Shown: piece after piece, positions 29,484-41,435 of the stretch
How the letters are laid out: each line of letters opens with the position of its first letter
How positions within the stretch are numbered: the first letter of the stretch is position 1
Source of the DNA: Candidatus Latescibacterota bacterium
Lineage (GTDB): Bacteria > Latescibacterota > UBA2968 > UBA8231
Length of the DNA stretch: 64,000 bases
Assembly: GCA_964291625.2 (NCBI GenBank)
Contig: OZ220089.1
Location: forward strand, 1,728,001-1,792,000
Direction of reading: 5' to 3'
Notes under the pieces: model-generated
What the model was told of the DNA's origin: nothing
Seen by the model: only the letters and a program-made list of their open reading frames with translations
Database searches by the model: none
Program-made: the position numbers and the translations under genes

Positions 29484-31630
29484 CAGTAGGCCACGGCGAT
29501 GGCGCCGGAGTGAACGCGGGTCGACGCGTCCGTCTCGAGGTGGATCCGGAAGAGGTAGAGTCCCGGCGGCACCATCCGGCCGTCGTCGTCGCGTCCGTCC
29601 CACTCGGGCTCGGGGATGCTCCTCCCGGAGAGTCCCCGGCGGACCTCGCGCTCCTCGAGCCGGCGCACGAGGCGGCCCCCCAGGTCGTGGATGTCGACGG
29701 TGAGCCGGCGCGGCACCGTCAGCTCGTGGACGCGGAACTGCAGATGGGCGACGTCGTTGATCCCGTCGCCGTTCGGGCTGAAGGGATTCGGCGAGGCCCG
29801 CACCACGGCGAGGGGGGAGGCGCCCAGATCCGAGGTCCGCACGCCGAGGGTGTTGCCGGGATAGGCCACGGTGGCGTCGCCCTCGGTCACCTGCTGGCGC
29901 ACGCCGCCGCCCTCGGTGTCGAAGATCCAGCCGTCGAACCGGGTGCCGTAGCGCACGACCTGGGAATCGAACTCCACCTCGATGAGCTTGAAGCTGTCCC
30001 GGGCGTCTCGCAGGGGGGGCAGGCTGACGAGGAACCCGTCGTCGGCGATCTCCACGGCGCCGGTCAGGTCGATGGCGGCGCCGTCGACGCGCACGGCGCG
30101 GACCGAGTCGACCCGGGTCAGGGTGAAGACCTCGAGCCGGTCGAATCCCTGGCCGTCCTCCAGCGTCGGGAGGACGCTGTAGGTGAAGGTCGTCGCCTCG
30201 GTCCTCGGCACGTCGAGGGGCCAGATCTCGGCGACCACCCGGGCCGCCGAGGGGCGGCCGAACTGGATCTCCAGGTCCCGCAGCCGCACCGTCTGCTGCA
30301 GGGGTGACTCGAAGACCATGTGCAGCTGCAGGAAACGGGCCGGACCGGGGGAGCGGATCGGCGTTCCGTCGAGCCACGATTCGGCGCTCACCGTGGTGTC
30401 CCGCAGGCCCTCCTCCCAGGAGTACGGCGCCGACCAGTAGCTCCAGCGCTCGTCGAGGGTGGTGAAGCGATTGACGATGTCGGCCCGGTCGAACTGCTCG
30501 CGGGTCAGTTCCTCGTCGACCCCGAGGACCTCTGTCGGGATCCAGTAGCGGTCCGGGTCGGAGTCGGATCCGGAACGGGTGCGGACGATGATCCGCGCAT
30601 TCGGGTCGTGGTCGCCGCGCCAGCGCATCCGGCCCCAGGCCATGGGCTCGCCGAAGTCGAGGACGGCGGTGGTGTACACCGCCCGCGGCACGAAGCCCTC
30701 GCCGAAGACCTGGAACTCGGCCATCTCCCAGTTGGCGATGGGGTCCACGGGCCGGAAGGCGATCCACTGCAGCGGACGGGTCGGGAAACGGAGGTCGACG
30801 ACGACGTCGAAGTTCTCCCGCTCCAGGCGCAGGAGGGTGAGCTGTGGATCGGACTGCGGGTTCGACCAGCGGATGTACTGAAACCAAGGCTGGCCGCCGC
30901 CCCGCCAGAAGCAGTGGCCGGCGAAGTTGGCGGAGTTGGGCGCCACGGAGATCTCGTACCAGGGGAGGGTGTTGAGGGAGAAGTCCTGGTCGCCGAGGTC
31001 CTCCGGCTTCAGGCGCGGGGGATCCATATCGGCCAGGATCTGTTCGAGCTTGGGGTTCTCCCGGCCGATGCGCGGGAAGAAGCGGACGCGGTTGATGGGG
31101 AAGTCGGCGCCCAGATCGACGATCGTGTTCTGCACGTAGAACTGGGCCCTGACGTTCGGGTCCTCGCTGGCGCTGGCGCGGAAGAAGGCGGCCGTCTTCG
31201 GGTCGCCGTCGAAGATGGGCCGCACCACGACGACGGCGGAGACGATGTTGTTGCAGCCGCTGATGGCGATGTTGTGCAGGATGCCGTGCTTGATGCGGTC
31301 GCGCACGCCGTCCTGGGCCAGATTCAGAGTGTCGGGCAGGAAGAAGGGGCGCAGCCACTGGCCGCCGGTGCTGTCGACGGATACGGCCAGGGTCTCGCGC
31401 CACGTGGGGTACGAGGTCTGGGTGCCCACGGCCACCCGGCGGGTGCCCAGGCCGTCGCGGCCGGCGACGATGTAGTCGCCCGGCTCGGAGGAGACCGCCG
31501 CGCTCCACGGGTTGGGCTGCTCCCCCCCGAGGCCGTAGACGTTGTAGCCGTGGGCGGGGACCCCGGAAACCAGGACGGCGGCGGCGAGCAGCCAGGCGCC
31601 CGCGCTCCGTTGGCAGAGTGTCCCGAACAT
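29483..31630 (-). CDS. Secreted IAVAY-tail protein 1 (discoidin-like core, FlgD-Ig/CTD-like C-terminus)
   Basis: Signal peptide (VPAHG), IVDLG..FPINRVRFFPR, PNPFSPNGDGIND, WDGRDDDG..VPPGLY, ends IAVAY. Start uncertain. Confidence 0.85.
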   Translation of the reverse strand: MFGTLCQRSAGAWLLAAAVLVSGVPAHGYNVYGLGGEQPNPWSAAVSSEPGDYIVAGRDGLGTRRVAVGTQTSYPTWRETLAVSVDSTGGQWLRPFFLPDTLNLAQDGVRDRIKHGILHNIAISGCNNIVSAVVVVRPIFDGDPKTAAFFRASASEDPNVRAQFYVQNTIVDLGADFPINRVRFFPRIGRENPKLEQILADMDPPRLKPEDLGDQDFSLNTLPWYEISVAPNSANFAGHCFWRGGGQPWFQYIRWSNPQSDPQLTLLRLERENFDVVVDLRFPTRPLQWIAFRPVDPIANWEMAEFQVFGEGFVPRAVYTTAVLDFGEPMAWGRMRWRGDHDPNARIIVRTRSGSDSDPDRYWIPTEVLGVDEELTREQFDRADIVNRFTTLDERWSYWSAPYSWEEGLRDTTVSAESWLDGTPIRSPGPARFLQLHMVFESPLQQTVRLRDLEIQFGRPSAARVVAEIWPLDVPRTEATTFTYSVLPTLEDGQGFDRLEVFTLTRVDSVRAVRVDGAAIDLTGAVEIADDGFLVSLPPLRDARDSFKLIEVEFDSQVVRYGTRFDGWIFDTEGGGVRQQVTEGDATVAYPGNTLGVRTSDLGASPLAVVRASPNPFSPNGDGINDVAHLQFRVHELTVPRRLTVDIHDLGGRLVRRLEEREVRRGLSGRSIPEPEWDGRDDDGRMVPPGLYLFRIHLETDASTRVHSGAIAVAY

Positions 31631-31714
31631 GACGGAGTTAGGGTACGAACCCCCCGAAGCGGCCCGCAACCGGATCGCCGCGGTCCCGCTCGAGGTCCGC
31701 CGCCCCGGCCGGTC

Positions 31715-33673
31715 TCACCAGCTCATGACCGGGTTGCCGCTGGTGCCGGTGAAGTGGTCGATGACGTACCACACCCCGGCGGTGACGAACTGCCCCAGGA
31801 TGAGGCCGAGGAAGAAGGGCCGGGTGCGCAGGTACAGCCCCGGACCGCCGTATCGCAGGACCACCGTCTTGAACAGCCAGGCGAGGAAGACGGAGAAGAA
31901 CATGGTGCCGAAGACGGCGCTGATGGGGAAGCCGAGGTGGTGGAAGGGCCACCACAGCCAGTGGTGGCGGGCCCACATGAGGAAGCCCATGAGGCCGCCG
32001 CCGACGGCGGTGTAGATCCAGTTCTCCCAGTGCGGCCCATCGAGGCTCTGGATGCGCGCCGCGGCATTGTCGAAGGGATAGCGGGCGGCGCCGCCGAAGA
32101 AGAACTGGTCGGTGTTGATCCCCCCGTACTCGTAGGCGAGCTGGAGGATCGACCAGATCGAGCTGGCCAGGGTGAGGACGATGGCGATCAGCATCGCCCA
32201 GAACACCAGCCGCCGCCGCCGGTGGATCGCCTCCTGCACCAGCTTGAGGCCGTTGGCGGCCGAGGCCATGACGAAGGTCAGGATGTCGCTGGCCCAGATG
32301 TAGGTGAAGGCGAGGGCGACGACGCCGCTCGATCCCAGGGCGCGGGTGCCGAAGTTGGCGGCCACGAAGTCGGAGGCGATCATGGGCGCGAAGATGTGGG
32401 CCAGCCCGCCCTCGGCGACGACCCGGGTGATGCCGAGGAAGAGGACGAAGGCGAGGAACAGGTAGACGAGGGTGAGCCACGGCAGCAGCCCCGACTGCCA
32501 CAGCCACACGCCCATGAAGGCCAGGCTGAAGAACAGCAGCACCACCGCCGCGCGGTACGACAGGATCTCGTCGGAGTCGTCGACGGCGGCATCGCCGGTG
32601 AGGGCCTTGCGGGCGACCTCGCGCAGGTGGCCGCGGGCCGTCCACAGGCCGTAGAGGACGAGGACGATGATGGCGCCGAACCCCTGGTGGACGATGATCG
32701 AGCCCGTGTAGGCGCTGTAGACGCCGAGGACGGGGTCGATCTTCTGCAGTCCGAGGATGTTGAAGATCCCCTGCTGGCAGGTGTTGAGGAGGAAGAAGAA
32801 GCAGAGGCCGAAGGCGATGTCGCGATTGACGAAGTAGGTGAAGCCCAGCATCTGGAAGCTGAGGCGGATGGGGACCGACACGCTCTCGCGGAAGAGGGGG
32901 ATCGACGCGTCGAGGCGCACCGTGGGGATGTAAGGGAAGTAGTGGTTCAGGCCGTTGAGGGACTGCACCACGGCGGGCACCAGGAACCCGATCCACATGA
33001 GCCGGCTGCGGAAGAACGGCTTGATCAGGGACGGGCGTTCCTCGTCCTCCTCGATCATCGACAGGGGCACCTGCACCAGGGGGTAGACGAGCCGTTCCCG
33101 CTCCACCCACTGCTTCCGCAGGATGGCCATGCTGCTGATCATGGCCACGTAGAGAGCCAGGATGAAGGGGATCCACATGGCCAGGGGCCGCAGCCAGAGG
33201 CCCCAGGGGATGCCCATGCCCTCGGGGGCGCCCTCGTAGAAGCTGCGCACCGCCTCCATCTCGTGGTGGGGGATGATCCAGTCCGGCACCGAGGGCACCA
33301 GGACGTCGTTCCAGGCGTTCTCGGGCGTGGCGTAGTAGATCAGGGAGGTGATGTCGGGCAGCAGGAAGGCCGTCAGCCCCCACTCGGGGATCGCCGTGGC
33401 CACGATCCACATGATGTAGACCAGGGCCAGCTCGCCGCGGTTGAGCATCCAGCCGCGCCGCATCAGGCCGATGGCGGTGTTGACGAAGAGGACCAGGAAG
33501 AAGAACAGGATGATCGCCGCCGGGGTGTTGAAGTAGGAGGCGATCCGCGACCCGTGGAGCACCATGTTGCAGTAGGGCACCCCGGCGCCGATGGCGATCG
33601 ATCCGGCGGCGCCCACGAGGAGGGCGCGCAGCCCGGGCGCGGAGGTCTTCCCTGGGTCGGGTGATGTCTTCAC
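31715..33673 (-). CDS. DUF6785/DUF6784-like polytopic membrane protein (putative transporter)
   Basis: LNRGELALVY, W..W..PL..W, LRKQWVERERLVYPLVQVP, TRVVAEGG, WWPFHHLG, LRYGG..LY...RPFFLGLILG. Start uncertain. Confidence 0.78.
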   Translation of the reverse strand: MKTSPDPGKTSAPGLRALLVGAAGSIAIGAGVPYCNMVLHGSRIASYFNTPAAIILFFFLVLFVNTAIGLMRRGWMLNRGELALVYIMWIVATAIPEWGLTAFLLPDITSLIYYATPENAWNDVLVPSVPDWIIPHHEMEAVRSFYEGAPEGMGIPWGLWLRPLAMWIPFILALYVAMISSMAILRKQWVERERLVYPLVQVPLSMIEEDEERPSLIKPFFRSRLMWIGFLVPAVVQSLNGLNHYFPYIPTVRLDASIPLFRESVSVPIRLSFQMLGFTYFVNRDIAFGLCFFFLLNTCQQGIFNILGLQKIDPVLGVYSAYTGSIIVHQGFGAIIVLVLYGLWTARGHLREVARKALTGDAAVDDSDEILSYRAAVVLLFFSLAFMGVWLWQSGLLPWLTLVYLFLAFVLFLGITRVVAEGGLAHIFAPMIASDFVAANFGTRALGSSGVVALAFTYIWASDILTFVMASAANGLKLVQEAIHRRRRLVFWAMLIAIVLTLASSIWSILQLAYEYGGINTDQFFFGGAARYPFDNAAARIQSLDGPHWENWIYTAVGGGLMGFLMWARHHWLWWPFHHLGFPISAVFGTMFFSVFLAWLFKTVVLRYGGPGLYLRTRPFFLGLILGQFVTAGVWYVIDHFTGTSGNPVMSW

Positions 33674-33731
33674 GGGAGTCGGCCGGCGCAACGTAGGCAG
33701 GGGCCCTTCGGCCCGCAAACGGAGACGGGCC

Positions 33732-35447
33732 TCACGGCTGGCGGACCCGCACGACGCGGTCGGCCGCCATCGGGCCCAGCCTCTGCGATCCGCCGCCGGG
33801 CCAGCGCACCTCCACGGCGTCCACCGTGGCCCGCGGCCCCAGGCCGAAGTGGGCCCGGGTATCGTTGTGGGAGAGGTAGCTGCCGCCGGCGGCGATCTCC
33901 ACCGTCCTCGAGAGATCGCCGGCGGTCACCGTCACGAGAGCGCCGACGCCGTCGCGGTTGGCCGCCGTGCCCCGCAGATCGACGATGAGCCAGTGCCCCG
34001 CCGCAGGACCGTCGTTGCGCAGCAGCGCCGGCCGGTCGTCGAGGCGCATGGCCACCAGGTCGACGTCGCCGTCCTCGTCCCAGTCGCCCTTCATCAGGCC
34101 GCGGGTGACGCCGGGCCGGGCGAGATCCCCCCCCGGCGCCGGCTCGAAGCGGTGTCCCGCCGCGGCGCCGAGGTTGAGCAGCAGCAGATCGGGCTGCGCG
34201 TAGCGGGGCCCGTCGAGGAGACGGACCTGCGGGTAGACGTGCCCCTGGCCGACGGCCAGGTCGAGATCGCCGTCGTTGTCGGCGTCGAGGAAGCAGGTGC
34301 CGAAGGCGAGGCCCGGCAGGCCCACCTGGGCCAGACCGGCTTCGTGGGATGCGACGGTGAAGCGGCCGCCGCCGTCGTTGCGGTAGAGGGTGTTGTAGTC
34401 GTCCTCGAAGTGGGTGACGAAGAGATCGCCGTCGCCGTCGCCGTCGTAGTCGCCGCTGGCGATGCCCATGCCGGCCTGGGCCGTGCCCTCGGCGCTGAAG
34501 GCGGCGCGGGCTTCCCAGGCCGCCTCCCGGAACCGCGGTCCGCCGCCGCCCTCGTTGCGGAACAGGTAGTTGGGCGCCGAGTCGTTGGCCACGTAGATGT
34601 CCGGGTCGCCGTCACCGTCGTAGTCGGTGAAGACGACCCCGAGGCCGTACGTCGGGTCCACCCCGGCCACTCCCGCGGACCGGCCGACCTCCGCGAAGCG
34701 GCCCCCGTCGTTTCGCAGCAGGGCATCGGCGTGGCCGGGCAGCCCCATGGGGCCGGCGAAGACCATCAGACCCTTCCACATCCCGGCCCGCGGCGGGATG
34801 GCGTCGACGTCGAAGTCGACGTAGCGGGCGACGTAGAGGTCGAGGTCGCCGTCCAGGTCGTAGTCGCCGAAGGCGGCGCCCGTGCACCAGCCGCCGAGGT
34901 CCAGGGAACCGTCCTCGGCGTAGAGCACCCCCTCCGCGCCGAGGTTCCGGTAGAGGCCGGCCCCGTCGAGACGCGTGACTACGAGGTCGGCGTCGCCGTC
35001 GTTGTCGACGTCGGCCGCCGAGGCCCCCATGCCCCAGCCTTCCCCGGCCGCGGCGGGCAGGCCCGTCTCGGCAAAGGTGCCGTCCCGCCGGTTGAGGTAG
35101 AGGGCGTCGGACGAGGCGGCGGGATCGTCCTCCTCCAGGGTGCCGCCGTTCACGAGGTAGAGGTCGAGCCAGCCGTCCCCGTCGGCGTCGAAGAGGGCGC
35201 CGCCGCCGCCCTTCGCCTCCACGATGTAGTCCTTGACCCCGCCCCCGGCGCGGTGGCGGAAGCGGATCCCGGCCTCCTCGGTGACGTCCGTGAAGCGGGG
35301 GCCGGCGCCGACCTCCCCCTCGGCCTCCGCGCCCGCGGCGGGGGCGGCCTCCTGCGGCGGCCGGGAGGCGTCTCCCGTGCAGGCGGCGAGACAGGCCGCC
35401 ATGGCCGCCGCCCGGCGCAGGACCGCCGCCCGCCTGCCGCTACTCAC
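33732..35447 (-). CDS. CRTAC1/ASPIC-UnbV family FG-GAP repeat protein
   Basis: Repeated DxDGDGxxDLYV blades, MGIASGDYDGDG, C-terminal GGSYLSHND...HFGLG....VEVRWPGG. Lipobox-like CLAAC. Confidence 0.92.
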   Translation of the reverse strand: MSSGRRAAVLRRAAAMAACLAACTGDASRPPQEAAPAAGAEAEGEVGAGPRFTDVTEEAGIRFRHRAGGGVKDYIVEAKGGGGALFDADGDGWLDLYLVNGGTLEEDDPAASSDALYLNRRDGTFAETGLPAAAGEGWGMGASAADVDNDGDADLVVTRLDGAGLYRNLGAEGVLYAEDGSLDLGGWCTGAAFGDYDLDGDLDLYVARYVDFDVDAIPPRAGMWKGLMVFAGPMGLPGHADALLRNDGGRFAEVGRSAGVAGVDPTYGLGVVFTDYDGDGDPDIYVANDSAPNYLFRNEGGGGPRFREAAWEARAAFSAEGTAQAGMGIASGDYDGDGDGDLFVTHFEDDYNTLYRNDGGGRFTVASHEAGLAQVGLPGLAFGTCFLDADNDGDLDLAVGQGHVYPQVRLLDGPRYAQPDLLLLNLGAAAGHRFEPAPGGDLARPGVTRGLMKGDWDEDGDVDLVAMRLDDRPALLRNDGPAAGHWLIVDLRGTAANRDGVGALVTVTAGDLSRTVEIAAGGSYLSHNDTRAHFGLGPRATVDAVEVRWPGGGSQRLGPMAADRVVRVRQP

Positions 35448-38323
35448 CGGCCTGCAGCCGGCGGTGGACGGCCCGGTAGTGGAGCACGTCCTGGAGCTCC
35501 CAGTAGCGGCTCAGTCCCAGGGCCCGTCCGCGGAAGTCGTCGGCCAGGATGCAGGCCTCCATCACCTGCCGGGCCTTGTCGAGGAAGGCCGCGTCCCCCG
35601 TGACCTCGTAGCCCCAGAACAGGGGCAGCACGTCCTGCAGGGCGTAAGCCACCAGGTGGACGTGCTGCAGGGGGTCGTTGCCGTGGATGAAGCCCGGTTC
35701 GGTGGGCGACATCCAGCTGTATGCCATGTTGTGGGCGAGTTGCGACACGGCCCGCCCCGCCGCCTCGGCGCCGGTGGCCCGCCAGTAGCGCATCAGGCCC
35801 GCCGTCAGGATGGCGTTCATCCCCGGGATCCCGCCCCGGTAGTGCCAGGTGGCGGGGGGCTCGCTGAAGTGGCCGAGACGGGGATGGAGCTGTCCCAGGG
35901 CCGCTCCGGCCAGGCCGGCGGCGAACTCGAGGTAGCGGTCGCGGCCGGTGTGCTCCCAGGCGATGACGGCGCTGCGCAGGGGCCACCCCGCGGCGCGCCC
36001 CGATCCGGCGCGGACGCCGATCTCCTCCTTCACCAGCCAGTCGGCGATTCCGGCGGCGGCGGCGAAGGCGTCCTCGTCGCCGGTGAGGGACCAGAGCAGG
36101 AAGAGGCCCGCCACCGGCGCGTTGAGGGCGTACGGGCGGCTGCCGGTGTGATAGGGAGCGATGCCGTAGCTGGCCCCCACGAATTGCGGGTCCGGGTGGT
36201 AGTGGCAGATGTCCAGGTCGATGAAGTGGCGCTGGTAGGCCTCGGCGTAGTCGAGGAAGTCCCGCCGCCCCGACAGGAGGGAGACGGCCAGGGACCCGTA
36301 GTCGACCTCCTGGTACATGTTCCCCCAGGTGCCCCGGTACGCCGAGTAGACCGAGTCGGAGTAGTGGTCCGGCCAGTTGCGCAGGCCCAGGGGCTGGGTG
36401 CAGGCCAGGCCCGGGGCGCCGACGGCGGCGATCAGCTCGTGGAGGGGCGCGTCCGAGGCGGCCGTCAGGGGCGCCCCGAGGCCGAGGGCGCCGTTGCCGG
36501 CGTACCACTCGGGCGAGAACAGCGCCGGCGGCCGGGCGAAGGCCTCGAAGGCGGGCAGGTGGGGCTCCAGGCCTCCCTCGTAGAAGCAGAGCAGCAACTC
36601 GTGCCGGCGCGCCTCCCCGCGGGACATGACGTACTGCTCGTACTCGATGGTGGGGGTGAACAGGTCGAAGACCAGCTGGCCCCCCTGGCCGGCCCACATG
36701 CGCTTGGGATAGAGCTGGCGGAAGTGCCTCACCCGGCCCGCCACCCCGAGGCCCCCGGCCTCGATGGCCATGGGCGCCTCCCAGTGGGTGCCCCGCTCCT
36801 TGCGCCCGTCGTCGCCCCCGAAGACCTCGAAGCCGTCGGCGCGGTGCTGGCGCACCAGCAGGCGCTCCATCTCCGACGCGCCGGTGGGCGACCGGTGCGA
36901 GCCGGCCACCGCCTCCCCGTCCTTCAGGGTGGTCTGCAGTCTCAGGGAGATCTCCTCCACCAGCTGCGCCGGGGCGGCGGTGTCGTTGAAGATCCGGAAG
37001 AACAGGCGGATCCAGGGCCGGCCGCGGTAGGCGTGCACGCGCAGGGTGAACCGCCCCAGGCTGCGGTCGGCGGCGGCCAGCCTCCCCTTGGCGAGCACCG
37101 CCACCCGCTCGGACCCGGCCTCCTCCACCGACACCGAATCGGCCACCGCCCGCCAGCGGGTGCGTTCCCAGCCGTCGCGGGTGACGACGCGGCCCACGAA
37201 TCCCTCCACGAGGCGGCGGCCCCCCAGATCCACCGCCTCGATCAGGGTCTCCGCGCCGCGGCTGACCCGGAAGCTCAGGACCCCCGTGTCGACGCGAATC
37301 CCCTGGCCGTCGGCGGCGGCGGTGAGTCCCGCAGCCGGAGGCCGCGGCTCCACCGCCGCGCCGTACCCCAGGGTGAGGCCGCTCTCGCGGTCTTGCGCCC
37401 GGGCCGGGAAGTCGAGGAGGAGCCAGCGCACGCTGCCGTCGTCCCAGCGCGTCAGCACCCGCCCCTGCAGGGGGATCGCTTCTCCATCGGCCCCCGCCAG
37501 GCGCACCCGGGCCGGGTCGGGGAGGCGGCCGCGGGCGAAGGGCACTCCCCAGGTCGCCGGGTAGCCTTCGGGCGGCAGGCCTCCCGGCGCGTCCAGCCGG
37601 AAGGTGTGCCGGCCCTCGGCGGCCGGACCCGCCGGAGCGGGCCTCACGGGGGCGAAGGGGACCGGCCGGCGGGCGGGGTTGCGCTCCCACGGCAGCGGTT
37701 CGGCGCTCAGGGCCGCGTCGCCGAAGAATGAGCGCGTGTAGAACTTCCGCCGCGCCGCCTCCGGGTCGGCGAGTCCGTCCCAGCTCCACACGCCGAGGTA
37801 GAACTCGTCGCCCGGCAGCCGCTCGGCGGAGGCCACCCGGTCGAAGATGCGCAGGGTCAGGTCGAACTCGTCCCCCGGCGCCAGCTCGCCGAGGTCGACG
37901 TGGACGTAGCTGCCGGCGCCCTCGGCGTCGCCCACGTCGCGCTCCCAGACGAGGCGCCCGTCCACGAGGACCTGCTTGAACCGGTGGCCGGCGAAGTGGT
38001 GGGCCGAGGCGTAGGTGTGGGTCCACCCGGCCCGGGCCTGGTCCCAACCCTCACCGACGTACGTGTCCTCGGCGAAGAGGTTGAGCCAGACCGGCCCCTG
38101 CCAGTGGGCGGGCAGGCGCACGCGGGTGGTCAGGGATCCGTAGTCGCCGGCCTCCGCCTCCGCCCACGGATGGAAGATCTGGCGCAGGCCGCGCGGATCG
38201 GCGACCTCCAGGTAGCGGCCCCGGCTCTCGAAGCGCCACTCCACCCCGTCGAAGCCGAGATCGATCACCTCCGCCGCCCCGGGGGAGAGGGCGGAGAGCA
38301 GGAGCCCCGTGAGGGCGCCGATC

Positions 38324-39146
<823 letters not shown>

Positions 39147-39163
<17 letters not shown>

Positions 39164-41318
39164 TCGTGCCCAGCCGCTGTTCCTCGCCGGAGTCGGTCTC
39201 GAGGACGATCCGGTAGAGGTAGACCCCCGCCGGCACGGCGGCATCGTTCTCGTCGCGGCCGTCCCAGCCCAGGACGCCGGCCCCGGCCTCTCCGAAGATC
39301 CCGCGCACGACAGCCGTGTCTCTCAGGCGCCGCACCAGGCGGCCCGACAGGTCGTGGAGGGAGACCTCCAGGATCCTGGGATCGGAGAGCTCGTGCACCT
39401 GGAAGCGGAAGTAGACCTCGTCGTTGACGCCGTCTCCGTTGGGGGTGAACGGACTCGGCCCCGCCTCCACGCCGGTGATCAGGCCCGATCCGACCTCCCC
39501 CGTGCGCACCCCCAGGACGTTGCCGGGATAGCTGATGTTGGCCTCGCCGGCCACGATCTGCTGCCTGACGCCGGTGGAGCCGGAGTCGAAGACCCACCCG
39601 GCGAACTCGGTGCCGTAGCGCACGACCCTGGTATCGAACTCCACCTCGATGAGCTTGAAGGCGTCGCCCGGACCCCGAAGCTCTGGCAGGGAGAGGAGGA
39701 TCCGGTCCTCCTGGATCTCCGGCCTGAACTCGCCGGTGAGGTCGATCTCCACGGCGTCGACCCGCACCGCCCGCACCGTGTCGGCCCGGGTGAGGGTGAA
39801 GATCTCCAGCCGGTCGAAGCCCTGCTCCTCGGTCTCGAAGTCCGGCAGGACGCTGTAGGTGAAGCGGGTCGATCCCAGGCGCTCGGCGTCGACGGGCCAG
39901 ACCTCGCCCAGGACCAGGCTCGCGGCGGGGTCGGAGAACTGGATCTCGATCTCTCTCAGCCTGGCGGCGTCGTTCGTCCTGGAGAGGAAGACCATCTGCA
40001 CCTGCAGGTAGCGGGCCGGCCCGGGAGACCGGATCGGCGCGCCGTCGGTCCAGGCGTCGGGATCGGCGTCGGGATCGACGAGGGACTCCTCCCAATCGTA
40101 CGGGGAGGACCAGAAGCTCCAGTTTTCCGCGTCGAGGGTGACCCGGCGCGCGGTGATGTCGGACCGCTCCCACTGCTGGCGGTCGATCTGCTGGAACTCC
40201 CCCGGGATCGTGCTCGGCTCCCAGTATAGGTTGGGGTCGGGATCCTGGCCGGTGCGGGTGCGCAGCAGCAGCCGCGCCTCCGGATCCCTGGCGCCGTCCC
40301 AGCGGATCTTCCCCAGGGCCATCGGCTGCCCCAGGTCGAGGACGGAGGTGGTGTAGACCGCCCGGGGGACGAAGCCCTCCCCGAAGACCTCGAACTCGGC
40401 GATCTCCCAGTTTCGGATCGGGTGCAGGGGCCGGAAGGTGATCCACTGGTACATCCGTGTCGGGAACCGCAGGTCCACGACGATCTCCTGGTTCTCCGTC
40501 TCGGAGGCGATGATGTCCCAGCGGGAATCGGACTGCGCACTGGCGGTGTACTGGATGCGCCGGAAGAAGGGGCTGGTGCTGGTGCGCCAGTAGCAGTTGC
40601 CGGCGAAGTTGTGGATCGCGTGGGCCCCCGCCACCTCGAACCAGGGCAGGAAGTTCCCGGAGAAGTCCTCCTCCAGGAGGGCCTCGGGATCGAGCCCGGG
40701 CTCATCCATCGCCTCGAGGATCTCGTCGAACCTGACGTTCTCGCTGCCGATGCGCGGGTAGAAGCGGACGCGGTTGACAGGGTAGTTGAGGCCGAGGTCG
40801 ATGATCGTGTTCTGGATGTAGAAACCGCGCCGCACATCCGGACTGTCCGAGGCGTTGGCGGTGTAGAAGGCCGCCGTCGTCGGATCTCCGTCGAACATGG
40901 GCCGCGCCTTGGTCACCTGCGAGATGTTGTTGTAGCACGTCCCGCTGGTGATGATGTTGTTGGAGATGCCCCGGCTGATGCGGTCCCGGACCCCGTCCCG
41001 GGCAAGGTTGAGGTTGGGGGATATGTAGAACGGCTGCAGCCACACGCCGCCGAGGCTGTCCACCAGGGCGGTCAGGGTGTCGCCCCAGGTGGGGAAGTCC
41101 TGGATCGTCGACAGGCTCCGGGTGCGGATCACCTGTCCGTCCGCGTCCAGAACCTGCGAGACCCCGGGCTCGAAGGAGATGGGCGTCCCCCAGGGATTGC
41201 CGTCTTCCCCTCCGATTCCGTACACGTCGAAGGCGGCCCCGGGGTCCGGGTTCCAGAGGGCCCACGAGATCGCGAAAAGCGCCTGCGGGATGCGGCCAGC
41301 CGGGCGGCGGCGGGTCAT
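39147..41318 (-). CDS. Secreted IAVAY-tail protein 2 (closest paralog of protein 1)
   Basis: Colinear with 29483-31630 (NLARDGVRDRI, FDGDP.TAAF, QNTIIDLG, EGFVPRAVYTT). Has SPFTPNGDGVND and ends IAVAY. Confidence 0.87.
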
Positions 41319-41361
41319 GCTCTCCCCCTCTCAAACGGGGCTCGTCAGCGAGAAAGGAATG

Positions 41362-41374
41362 TGCTACAATATCA
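41362..41374. promoter_or_regulatory. Overlapping divergent extended -10 candidates (TGcTACAAT on +, TGaTATTGT on -)
   Basis: Only AT-rich patch in the 117-bp gap between divergent IAVAY genes. Confidence 0.45.
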
Positions 41375-41380
41375 TTCAGC

Positions 41381-41414
41381 CGGCCCGGGGAATCAATCTG
41401 CCTTCCCCGGGCCG
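41381..41414. repeat. Perfect 12-bp inverted repeat CGGCCCGGGGAA-N10-TTCCCCGGGCCG
   Basis: Read directly from the sequence. Lies between the promoter patch and the GGAGG RBS of 41436. Confidence 0.75.
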
Positions 41415-41435
41415 ATCGCCACTGGAGGCTGAGCC

